DNA of 64,000 nt from Vezdaea acicularis (Eukaryota): positions 124,001 to 188,000 of the forward strand of contig JAPEUI010000002.1 of NCBI GenBank assembly GCA_026025075.1, written 5' to 3'. The translations under genes and the position numbers were made by a program. Under the pieces are notes generated by a model. It worked only from the letters and a program-made list of their open reading frames with translations, was not told the DNA's origin and made no database searches. Below, piece by piece: positions 11,289 through 21,544 of this stretch (position 1 is its first letter; each line of letters starts with the position of its first letter).

Positions 11289-12372
11289 CTACTCAGTCGG
11301 CGCATGGCTAAACAAGAAACTGACGCTCTCCCCATTATGCGTCCTCCTGCATGCCTCCGCAAGCGTCGGGCTAATATCAATTGTGACGAGCTTTGCGCAC
11401 ATCTTCTTCTTCTCTTCGTGTGGAACCGTATTTGTGACGACCACCTTGTTTAGTTTACTCTCCTTAAGGGCCTCGATCGCATTACCACTCAGTATTCCAT
11501 GTGTGACTATGGCAATCACTTCTCGTGCACCATGCTGCATCACTGTCTCGGCGGCTTTGACGAGTGTACCGCAGGTGTCTGCCATATCGTCCACCAGGAT
11601 GGCGATCCTGTCCTTGACATCCCCAACGAGAACCATACGACTCACTTCATTGGGGCGCGCACGCTCTTTATGGATCAGGGCGAAGCCAAGGTCTAGACGG
11701 TCGGCAATGGAGGTGGCCCGCTTCGCACCGCCCGCGTCTGGGGACACAATAACGGCTTCGCTCACATCATGAATGTTTTCCCTGATCCAGCGCAGAGTGC
11801 TAGGCTCCGCGTATAAATTGTCCACTGGGACGTTGAAGAATCCCTGGATCTGTGAGGCGTGTAAGTCCATTGTGATGACATGGTTGCAGCCGGCGGTCTG
11901 CAGCATATTCGCGATCAGCTTCGCACTTATAGGAGCGCGGGATTTGTCCTTCTTGTCTTGGCGCGCATAGGGAAAGTTCGGGATTACGGCTGTGATACGT
12001 CGCGCGGAAGCAGTTTTGCAGGCATTAATCATGATGAGGAGTTCCATGAGCCCATCATTGATGTCACCAGGGGCTGTTGATTGAAGTATGAAGACTGAGA
12101 ATGCATAATCAGAATGGATGAAAGGCTTTGTAGGGGCGAAGGGACCTACCGTCTTCATCGCGAACGGACTCGCCGATCGTTACAGAGGTCTCTTGGTTGG
12201 AATATTGTAGGACCATTATCTTGGTCAACTCAATGCCAAGTCTAAGGGTCCACGCATGGTTAGTACGCTGTGGGTTGGTTTGGGGTAGGATGTCTGCGGA
12301 CCTTTCCGCAACAAGCTTCGCAAGGGCAGGATGCGAGTTGCCCGTAAGCAACTTGATCGAGTTGGCCGCCAT
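11289..12372 (-). CDS. Ribose-phosphate pyrophosphokinase (PRPP synthetase, Prs2/Prs4-like)
   Basis: [61 protein letters not shown]. Introns 12242..12301 and 12095..12149. Confidence 0.95.
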
Positions 12373-12990
12373 CTGGGGCGCCTATTTGCGGATATTCACA
12401 CTCAAATGAGGGTGATTTGAACAGATTGCAGTTGTAGGTATTTACTCATATAAAAATGGAAGCAAGTATGAGGGACGCATGATGGACACCCCTAGTGGGG
12501 CGTGTGGGGTTAAAGAGAAGTCCGGGTCCGAACATTTCTTCCTGGTCCAAGCTCGGCTTTTCCCGATTGCGACCTTCCATCTCAGGCCCATATGCTCGAA
12601 GCGCTCCTCCAGCATTCGAATTTGTGGTTCAATTTTGAAGTGAAAAGTAAGGGCTCATGCAATAGTCTCTGCAGTGTTTAAATTTTATTAGATGCTTGAC
12701 TAAATAATCACGAGACTGCGTGTCATGTTCGCGCTACGGCAACGCGCGCTGCAGCATTGAGCTCTTCCACTTCGAGGTAGAACTTAATTGTAGTAATTAC
12801 ATCAGGCTGCAAAGTCGTAAGCCAGGCAATTGCATTCCTCTTAAATGGCCCTTCTCTACTTGCACAATAGTCATTTGCCTGACCGTGTGTTGTGTTATCC
12901 CTGCATTTGCCCCCGTTTAAAAAGCCTTCCCATTTGCATAGCTCCCATTGACGAATCTGCCCTTACCTAAGATCCCGCCACGACACGGAA

Positions 12991-14573
12991 ATGGCTCGAA
13001 AAGAAAGCGAAAAGCGAAGCAGAGAAGGAGATAAGGCCGATGCGTTGGAAGAGCAGGAGCAGAAGCGCAAGAGACTTGACGGCAAGGTGTTGAGAAGCTC
13101 GAAGTCCTCTGAGGACAAATTCGTGCGTCTGTATAACAGGAAGGACATCTCTCAAGTGCGCAAGAATAGAGTGGATAGTGATGATAGTGATCAAGACATG
13201 GAAGACTCCAAGACAACTCCGGAGAAAAGGGTGGGTTTGTCCAAAGGTTCAATTTGGGAGCCTCGGGACTCCAGTGGGGCAACGAATCATGGAAAGAGTT
13301 GGACGCAGAGGTCCTACTTCCTCGCTGAAATGGACAGAAAAACTGCAATTGACTCCCATACGACCGATTCGCACTCAGACCAGCCTAAGCCTAATGCTTT
13401 GGATAAAGAACCCCCCTCAATACAAGATAATGAAGTGTCAGAGTCAGGGCAAAGGGATGGGCACGGCGATCCTACAAGCCCACAGCCGAAGAATGGTTTT
13501 CTCAAGGTGTTATTTGAAAAAGGTACTTCTGAAAGGTTTAAGAACTCCGTAAGCTCAGGGCGATATACCAGGGAGGCAAAGGAGACCAAAAGTCTCAGAG
13601 TCCCTTCAGGGCCTGTGTCCTTCCGAGCTATAGATAAACAAGGGCCCTTTGCAAAAGGAAATGGCCAAGGCAAGGAGGACAAGTCTCTACAGGCGTCTAT
13701 GTGGTCTCGCTCATCATTACCCTACAAGCCAGAAAAGCCCATGGTAAGTCATACAAACGTTCACTCTGATGATCACTGCTGAGATGGCAAGAGAACTTTA
13801 AAGTATATCCTAGAGCCCCCAAGGGCTACAAATTTGTGCCGAAAGGCAATGTGTACGTCACGCGCCACTGCCGCAGCCTGACTCACAATGCTGGCGAACA
13901 GCTATATACCGTCCACGTCGAAGGACGGTCCTTCAAAAATAACCGCCTACGCAGTGCGAAACTAAGGCAAGTTGGTATCTTCGTGCCCCAGCATATTGCC
14001 GACAAAGTCTCGCAAATGAATAGAGCCACAACTGACGAACGGGTTGCTGCGACCGCGACGAGAGACAACCGCTACCTGGATACCGCAAGACAAGGGCTCC
14101 TGAAGCAATTCCCCCAGATCCCGCTTGAAGACGCAGAAGCCATCCTCGTACATGGTTTTCTCAAGGGCTCTGGGCGCGTTGGCCGCTCGACGAGGCTGAG
14201 CTTGGAAGAGAAGATGCGATGCGCCGTGGAAGCACATGTGCGGCACATACATACGGACTACGAAGACTTGCTCCGAGAGACTAAAAAGAAGAATAGGGAG
14301 GAGAGGGACAAGGAAAAGAAGTCTGGAGACTATGGAGTTACTCCCGCGCAGAGGGCAAAGATTCGCTATGAGATTGCTCCGCAGATTAAGAGTATTCTCA
14401 ATGACTGGAGAAGTGAGCGGCCGGAGCTTGTCATTGATATTGACGCATTAGAGATGGACATTGATGCTGAGGAAGACTCGGAGGAAGACTCGGAGCATGA
14501 GGAGGACGAGGTGGACCGGGAAAAAGAGCAGCCCTCTAGCCACGAGGATGATATGGATTTGGATGACGGTTAG
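12991..14573 (+). CDS. DUF2293-domain protein with disordered N-terminus and acidic tail
   Basis: Second exon GYKFVPKGNVYVTRHCR...QFPQIPLEDAEAILVHGFLKGSGRVGR...AVEAHVRHIHTDYEDLL matches DUF2293. GTAAGT donor at 13744; acceptor near 13793 is uncertain. Confidence 0.75.
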
Positions 14574-14818
14574 CATTATGTTAGAAGTATGATGGGTGCA
14601 TGAACGGCGCACACGCGTTAGGTATGGGCTTGCCAGCGACTGAGAATGGGAGATGCGATAAATACTATGTGACTTGACTTTTGGGAAAAAAGACACGAGC
14701 TTGCTTTTATAACCCTATGTCTCACCGAGTTGAACCCATTCTATATGATTCTTCCTATCTGCCAGTCTCAGTAGCTAATTTCTCCGATACAGGGCTTGAG
14801 GAAGTGACCACCTTTATC

Positions 14819-15486
14819 CTAATCTTCAATCTCATATACAGTAGTCTTCTTGTCATCCCATTCCGCCTCAGTCAGCTTGTGCATCGCACACTCCTCGATA
14901 ATAGCGTCGATCCTGTCCTGAATGAAGCTATGATACGGTATAGCTTCAGTGCTCTCCCACAGTTTCTTAAGGCGAGCGGCACCGGCTCTCTTATCCTTCG
15001 GCAGCGGGCAGACCTGGTGCGTGGCGAGGTAACGTTTGAATGTCTCTAGCTGCCGGGGGTTGACCATCGGAAGCGGGCCGTCATATTCTTTAAACTTATT
15101 TGACGTCTGTCCTAGGCATTCATAGAAAGCGGGGAGGTGCATACAGGCGTGGCGGAGGTAGCGGTATACGACTTCAGGGACGTGCTTGCGTTTGCCGCCG
15201 AAGGACAGGAAGACGTGGCGGTCGGGGGGCTCTGCAGCAAGGAGGTTAGTCGGAGATTTTGGAGAAGTGTGTGCAATAACTTGAGCGCATAGCCTGATAA
15301 TTCAGACGTGGGATCACGGAGTGCAGCTTCGCGATGTTGCAGGGAGAATCCAGAGGCCTATAACATACCGTACATCATTTGGAACACATCAGTGGTCTCT
15401 TTCCTCTTCTTGGCATCGGCGGGAAGGATGGTGAAGCACACGACGGAGAGGGCGACTACCATGAGCTTGAGGGAGGAAAAATGCAT
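14819..15486 (-). CDS. Small predicted secreted protein (176 aa), orphan
   Basis: ATG 15486 gives MHFSSLKLMVVALSVVCFTILPADA (signal-peptide-like) then KKRK. Intron 15232..15368 (GTATGT...CTAAC...CAG) joins in frame to the 14819..15142 ORF. Four Cys in the mature part. Confidence 0.65.
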
Positions 15487-15716
15487 ACTGGCGAGTTGGG
15501 GAGTTTTGGCCGTGATGATGATTTGGTGTATTGGGTGGGAAGAAATAGCTGTCGGAGGAGCGGCGTGGAAGTTGCTATTTAATGCGGGCATGATCTTGCC
15601 ACGAAGTGGCCGCTAAGTCTTTATCATAGTCCAAAAGAGAAGTGGGTGGAGACAATGTTGGTCTCGGTGGGCCAAATGGCGACAGCAGGAATCGTGCGTG
15701 GCTGTGGATCTGTTGA

Positions 15717-17547
15717 TCACGCATCAAAGCCACTCCACTCTTCTCCACCTTCTTCCTCGCTCTCTCCTCTCACTGTCGGAGCTCCCACGCCTTCCGTGAT
15801 TATGGAGGATTGATGGTTAGACCGCACAAGCCCCGCAATGAAAAAGCCACCTGTTCCACCTTCATTGCCATCTCCGCCCTTTGAGCACCGGAGCACGCTA
15901 TCTCGCAACTCCGACGCTTTCAAGACGTCACCTCCATATAACTCAAGACATGCAGCCATATCCCCACCTCCTTTCCAGTTCCGTAGGCTCGTAGGACGCT
16001 CAGAGGGACCCAACAGTCGCCAATGAGACAAAGTAGAAAGGGCTTTGTAGATAACAAATTCATTCTCGATAGCGTGCAAAGAGCATGTTGAGTACACAAC
16101 GCGCGTGACATGAGGGAATGATAAAGCATGGCGCAGGAGAAGCGTTTGCATGTGCGAGAGAGACTCGAGTCGCGCTTCTTGTGCCTTCTCATTTACTTCC
16201 ACCTTAGCCTCATCGTTATCTGCTCCTTGCATTTCGCTATCCTCCGGTGGGGGACTGGTAGCAGCATCAGCCATTTGAAGAGAAAACGCGCTTACTTTCC
16301 CCCTCGTTTCCTTCAACTTCTCTCTTTCTTCCACGCTGTGTCCCGTCGTTCTCTTTTTCCTTTTCCTCTCTCTCTTCTCGTTCTCCGTCGCCACGCTCAT
16401 GCTTGCCTCTGAACTAGGTAGCACAGGCCTCATATCTCCCTCGTCATCATCCCGTCGAAGGATCCCACTACCAGAGCAACTTGGGTCCAGCAAGATGGCA
16501 TGCACATTCGCGTACTTCCTGTCAAGCGGGTTGACACGCAAGAAGTCCTGGCCCGCCTTGATAGTAACGGCGTCATCGGCGTCAGCGCGATGCACCATCT
16601 TTTGTAAGGTCAAAGAACGTGGATGTGAGCGTTCGCAGGCGAATATCTTACGTTTCACGGAGTCCATACCTCCAGGCTCAGACATCAGGGCAGCTAAATG
16701 TGTAGTCTTGTTTCCGGGCGCAGCGCAAGCGTCGATGATGTCTCCCTTAAAAGAAGCTGGATCCAGGAGGTAAGCCGGGAGGCATGACGCCTTATCTTGG
16801 AAGATGAGTGCGCCAGAGAGATAGGCGGGGTGCTTGCTCATGTCATGGTGTCGGGGAATGGCAACAAGGTTGGGGATATGGCTGTCGACGAATAGGAGCA
16901 TCGAAGAAGGGCTAAAGGGGCGTAGGAGGGAAGAAAGAGAGGTGACTTGGGTGAAGTCATGGAAGGTGCTCTGAAGCTGTTCCGAGAGAGTGGTGACGAG
17001 TGTGTTGATTCGAATCCAACGGGGTAGTTTAAGGGGTGTTTGTATGTTGCCGTCAGCACCTCCAAAGGTGTCTTCGGTACCACTCTCGATCGCGATCTTC
17101 ATGGCGGCAATAGAAGAGCATCTTCGACGAAGACGGGCCTTGACAAACTCAGCGTTGAGGCGGGCTTTATGTTTCTCAACTGCAACCCTCAAGGGATGCT
17201 TCTTGGGTGCTGCTATTCCCTTCTTGGAAATGAGTAGATCGTGAACGAGCAAGAGAGCTAGAGCAGGTGTTAACTGATTTTAAGCGCAGTCAGTTATGAT
17301 ACGGCGATCGATTGGGGGTAGGTGCTGTTTTGTGCAGCTAGGAATTAGTGGTTACCTTCTTTTCGAGGCGCAGGAGCTGGCAACGCTCAATGACTTCCTT
17401 CAGAATGGGGCTCCATTTGGTGGCCTCGACTACAAGGGCATACACCTGGGCGGGCGATTTTAAGTCTCCGTTGTATACGCGCGACTTCAGGGAGCTCGAG
17501 CTCTCGGATTTGGATAGCAAGGTCTGAGCGTCGTAATAAAGTGACAT
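15717..17547 (-). CDS. RCM1: 25S rRNA cytosine-C5 methyltransferase (Rcm1/NSUN5)
   Basis: MSLYYDA start, intron 17274..17355, PRWIRINTL, FQDKASC, DACAAPGNKTTH, LLDPSCSGSG, VYSTCS...ENE. Confidence 0.92.
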
Positions 17548-18323
17548 TTAGACCGACAAGTCGGTGATTGTGGTTTAGTTGACCAATGGTTGCTAGGCTT
17601 GAAAGATATACCCGCCCAGTGTAGAAGAATTCAAGCTTTACCCCCCCAAACCTCTTTCAGGTGCGCGCGGCATCTTCCGGGGAGCCCCGCCATTATAGTG
17701 AGACGCCAGACTCGCGCTTTGACTGGCAGGGGTAAGCAGGAAAACGCGTCACACTTCTGAATGATCTGAGAAGCATTGGAGCAGAAAGGCAAAGACTTTG
17801 AGAAATTCAGAGGATCCGAAATGTCAACACGCAGGACCATTCGGTTACGATCGATCTCGGGGTGGTACCCCGGAACGGTCTTGCCGCTAGATCCGAAGTG
17901 GGAGGTCAATGATGTTGAGTTTACGTTTTGTCTGATCTGAGAGCATCGTAATGCCTCTGACATGTGCGCGCGGCACATTGGTACGTTTTCTTGACAATTA
18001 AGATTCTCATCGTTCGTTCATATATACTTTCCTCCTGCTTGCGGGACTCTCTCCTGCCTCAGGGTTATCACGCTTATGATAAACGTTTCGAATTGGTGCT
18101 CACGCGACAAACACGCACCCCGCCCTGAGTGTATGTGTATCTTGTTAAATCTGGGGACTCTTTGATGATAACACCCTACAAGAAAGACACCATGGTTAGG
18201 TTGTCTCGGACAATCTCACCCGCATCTGACGATAGCCTCCCTCCCTACGCCTTGACCACGAGTCAATACCGCACATTCTTTGCTCGAATCCAAAGAGACT
18301 ATCGTTAGAAGCCGTCAAAACCT

Positions 18324-21098
18324 ATGACCCAATCATCCCGCGGAGAGGTAGAGCCTGTTGTTTCAATCTCACAACCTCGCTCCCTCCAAGCCTCGTATGC
18401 ATCGATGGCAAGTCCTGACGTTAGTAAGGATGTTCCAAATGAGGGCGGAACCCAGCCCGGCAGAATAAACGATGCGGATGCTCAGTCACTCGTTGCAGTT
18501 GCTATATCCCCGGCTCAGGCCAGGCTCGCATCTCCAGATACTCCCGCGACTGAGAAGGCCGCAGCGTTAGAGAATGGCGATTGGGGTGGCTACTTTGATA
18601 TACCGCCAGACACTCCACCAGTCCATCAGGTTGAATTCCCTAGTGAGAGAACGGACAGCCCCCTCACCGCAAATTCTGGGGATCGTTGGTGTGAACCAGC
18701 TGAAAACACGCCAAATACAGAGGGGGGTTCGCTGACGCCGACCTGGAGGCCGAACCTCAAATCGTTCGCAACAGAGGGACAAGCCGGTGCGAAAGAAGCC
18801 CGAAAGAACGCAGGTAGATTACGGGCTTATTCGGGACCATCAGCACTCTGGGATGACTTCAATTCGAAGCGTCTAGCCTTTTCCATGCCCTCAATGCCAT
18901 CCCTGCCGTCCTTGCCGAAAGTTCCCTCCCTAACAAACGTCCTTCCTTCTCACCTACCTTTCCTCTCAAACCAAGACAATCCAAAGGAAGAAGGGCACCC
19001 TACCCGACAAAAGCGCCCGAACATACTACTCTCACGCACCTATTTCCCATCTTGGAACAGCTCATCGACCACATCGTCGCACAATGATTCTTCTCACGTA
19101 GCCCCTTTAGACGGGTCCATCGAATCCAAATTACCCTGCATGCCACCGCCTGGTATCCAGGATATGTCAGGCCACAATGCAGCCTCTCAATCCGAGCATC
19201 CACGCCAGATACGTAAGGTGGCATCGGATAATTCATTGGAGGTGTCGCGAAGTTTTTCAAGAGTGTCGTCCCTTGGAGATGATACCCGTTTTGAATCCGT
19301 CCAAGGGCAAGTTAACTCAAGATTCAAGGCTATCAAGGACAGTTTCGCAGACTCGAGCTTTAAGAGGCGAAACATACCCAATGTGAAGCGCAATGCAGTT
19401 CCAAAGTTCGATCCTGAATCACTAGACCTGCAGGGGACCCAAAGTAATGGCAGAGGTCTCGGCGGCACCGAGACGCGAGCTCCTCGGGCTGTTGAGCCTC
19501 CAGTCGATGGCGACCGTCAACTGCCAACCGAAAACACAAGCGAAAGACCTCGTGCACAGGGTATTGAGGGACCGCCTAGTTATTTTGATTTGGCTCTTGA
19601 GAAGCTGACTGGAGATGTCGTCATCATGGGGGGCTACAGAGGCTCAATACTGCGATCTGCTCAGCCGCCACATAAGCAGCTCTGGGCGCCGGTCAAGATT
19701 GGATTGAATCTTCGGAAAGTTGATCTCGAGGTGGGGCTTAATCCAGAAGATGAAGAGAGCATGGAGGAGCGGATCTTTTCGTCTGGTATGCTTACCCACG
19801 TCGGGCCAGTGGATATCTCCCGCCGTCTTCTCAAGAGGCTGAGGCATTGCGAGAACGCCAAGAATGGGACGCTTCGCGTACACGATTATGGATATGACTG
19901 GCGGTTGAGCCCTCATTTGCTTAGCCGTAAGCTTGAGAAATTCTTGGAGGGACTGCCATCAAACGGGCCGAAGCTCGACCGGCGACAGCATGGGGCGCTC
20001 TTAATCTCGCACAGTCTAGGCGGGCTAATCACGAGGCATATGATCAATCGCCGCCCGGACCTGGTGTCGGGGGTGATATACGCTGGGGTCCCTCAGTCCT
20101 GCGTCAACATCCTCGGACCTCTCCGAAATGGCGACGACGTCCTCCTGAGTTCAAAGGTACTGACGGCGCAAGTGAACTTCACCTTCCGGACAAGTTTCGT
20201 CTTCCTCCCCGAAAGCGGGAGCTGCTTCATCAATAAAGACACCAAGGAAGAATACCGACTCGACTTCTTCAACGTCCAAACGTGGATCGACCACCGCCTG
20301 AGTCCCTGCGTTTGCCCTCCACTCCCAACCAGCGTTCCCCAGCCAATGGGACTCACCGGGCTCGTCAGCTCCGTCTCCAGCAGTCTCCCCAACCTCGCGC
20401 TCCCCGGCAAAAAGGCGAAAGAACCCCCCACCACCGCAAACGCCCTATCCCGCACTACCACCACCTCCAAAGACTCCCCCTTAGATCCCTCTCCCAGCCG
20501 TTCAACCCCCACCCACGAAACCACCACGACCAAACTCGCCACCGCCGCCCAGTCCCTGAACAACGGCCACGACCCAACCCTCGCCCCCCAAATGGGCTCC
20601 TCCCCCCAACCCCCAAGCAGCACTAGCATCACCAACAACCCCGCCAACAACCCCCGCACAACAACCACCCTCCCCCCCTCCTCCGCCCTCACCTACCTCC
20701 AACACACCCTCAACTCCACCCTCCTCTTCAAACACGAACTTTCCCACCGCCCCGCCCTCTCGGCCCAAAACGCCTACCCCCCCGCCGCCGTCCTCTACGG
20801 CAAATCCGTCCCCACTGTGCGCGCCGCCAAAGTTGCCAGTCCCGCCCACATCGCCCGTCTAGACGCCTACTCCGACCTTGCCTTCGCCAGCGGCGACGGC
20901 GTCGCGCTTGCGAGGGAGAGTATGTTACCACCTGGCTATGCGCTTGCCAAGGGGGGCAGGGTCAGTAGTGAGAGAGGTCATGTCACCTTGTTGGGCGATT
21001 TGGAGGGCGTGGGGAGGTGTTTGCTGGCGGTGATTCGGGCGAGAAGGGAGGGTGTGGGCACGGGTAGGGCGGGGAAGGGGAGGGGTGCGGGGGTGTAG
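18324..21098 (+). CDS. LCAT-like alpha/beta-hydrolase (YJR098C-like) with long disordered N-terminus
   Basis: 924-aa ORF with VVIMGGYRGSIL, YGYDWRLS, nucleophile elbow ISHSLGG, GDGV (Asp) and HVTLL (His) near the C-terminus. Confidence 0.85.
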   Translation: MTQSSRGEVEPVVSISQPRSLQASYASMASPDVSKDVPNEGGTQPGRINDADAQSLVAVAISPAQARLASPDTPATEKAAALENGDWGGYFDIPPDTPPVHQVEFPSERTDSPLTANSGDRWCEPAENTPNTEGGSLTPTWRPNLKSFATEGQAGAKEARKNAGRLRAYSGPSALWDDFNSKRLAFSMPSMPSLPSLPKVPSLTNVLPSHLPFLSNQDNPKEEGHPTRQKRPNILLSRTYFPSWNSSSTTSSHNDSSHVAPLDGSIESKLPCMPPPGIQDMSGHNAASQSEHPRQIRKVASDNSLEVSRSFSRVSSLGDDTRFESVQGQVNSRFKAIKDSFADSSFKRRNIPNVKRNAVPKFDPESLDLQGTQSNGRGLGGTETRAPRAVEPPVDGDRQLPTENTSERPRAQGIEGPPSYFDLALEKLTGDVVIMGGYRGSILRSAQPPHKQLWAPVKIGLNLRKVDLEVGLNPEDEESMEERIFSSGMLTHVGPVDISRRLLKRLRHCENAKNGTLRVHDYGYDWRLSPHLLSRKLEKFLEGLPSNGPKLDRRQHGALLISHSLGGLITRHMINRRPDLVSGVIYAGVPQSCVNILGPLRNGDDVLLSSKVLTAQVNFTFRTSFVFLPESGSCFINKDTKEEYRLDFFNVQTWIDHRLSPCVCPPLPTSVPQPMGLTGLVSSVSSSLPNLALPGKKAKEPPTTANALSRTTTTSKDSPLDPSPSRSTPTHETTTTKLATAAQSLNNGHDPTLAPQMGSSPQPPSSTSITNNPANNPRTTTTLPPSSALTYLQHTLNSTLLFKHELSHRPALSAQNAYPPAAVLYGKSVPTVRAAKVASPAHIARLDAYSDLAFASGDGVALARESMLPPGYALAKGGRVSSERGHVTLLGDLEGVGRCLLAVIRARREGVGTGRAGKGRGAGV

Positions 21099-21198
21099 CG
21101 AGGTGTGCTGATGCTGGTTGGTTGGACGAGATAGGGGAGGTGTATGTAAACAGAGTATGGGCGTTGGAAAGAGGAACTGATAAACCGACATCGTCCTC

Positions 21199-21265
21199 CC
21201 TTTTGTGGGTGGTGATGGCGTCGCGCTTGTAAGGGGACTTTGTTGTCACCTGGATACCAGCTGGC

Positions 21266-21314
<49 letters not shown>

Positions 21315-21410
21315 GAGTAGTGAGAGGGGTCATGTGACGTTGTTGGCAGGTTTGGAGGGGTGGGGAGGTGTTTGCTTACGGTTGTTGAGGCGCGGAGGGA
21401 GGGTGTAGGG
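21199..21410 (+). pseudogene. Diverged duplicate of the last ~60 codons of the upstream hydrolase, with poly-G expansion
   Basis: Aligns by eye to 20880..21060: GDGVALV..LLSPGYQLARG(G)n VSSERGHVTLLAGLEG VGRCLLTVVEARREGVG, with two apparent 1-nt deletions in G runs. Confidence 0.75.
21268..21313 (+). repeat. Poly-G homopolymer (46 nt)
   Basis: Directly visible. Confidence 0.95.
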
Positions 21411-21544
21411 GAGTTTTACTTGGTGGACGGATTGGCTGGATGGAGGAGATGCGGGAGATGCGGGATATGTATATAGAAAACCCAACCAAAACCCAAGTTA
21501 AACAAAACCCCCCATCCCCCCCTCCCCCCGCGGTACGACAAACC

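Noticed and set aside
16150..16450. ~100-aa charged insertion inside the RCM1 methyltransferase domain
   Set aside because: Low-complexity loop between DPSCSGSG and YSTCS with no intein or intron hallmarks; probably an ordinary variable loop.
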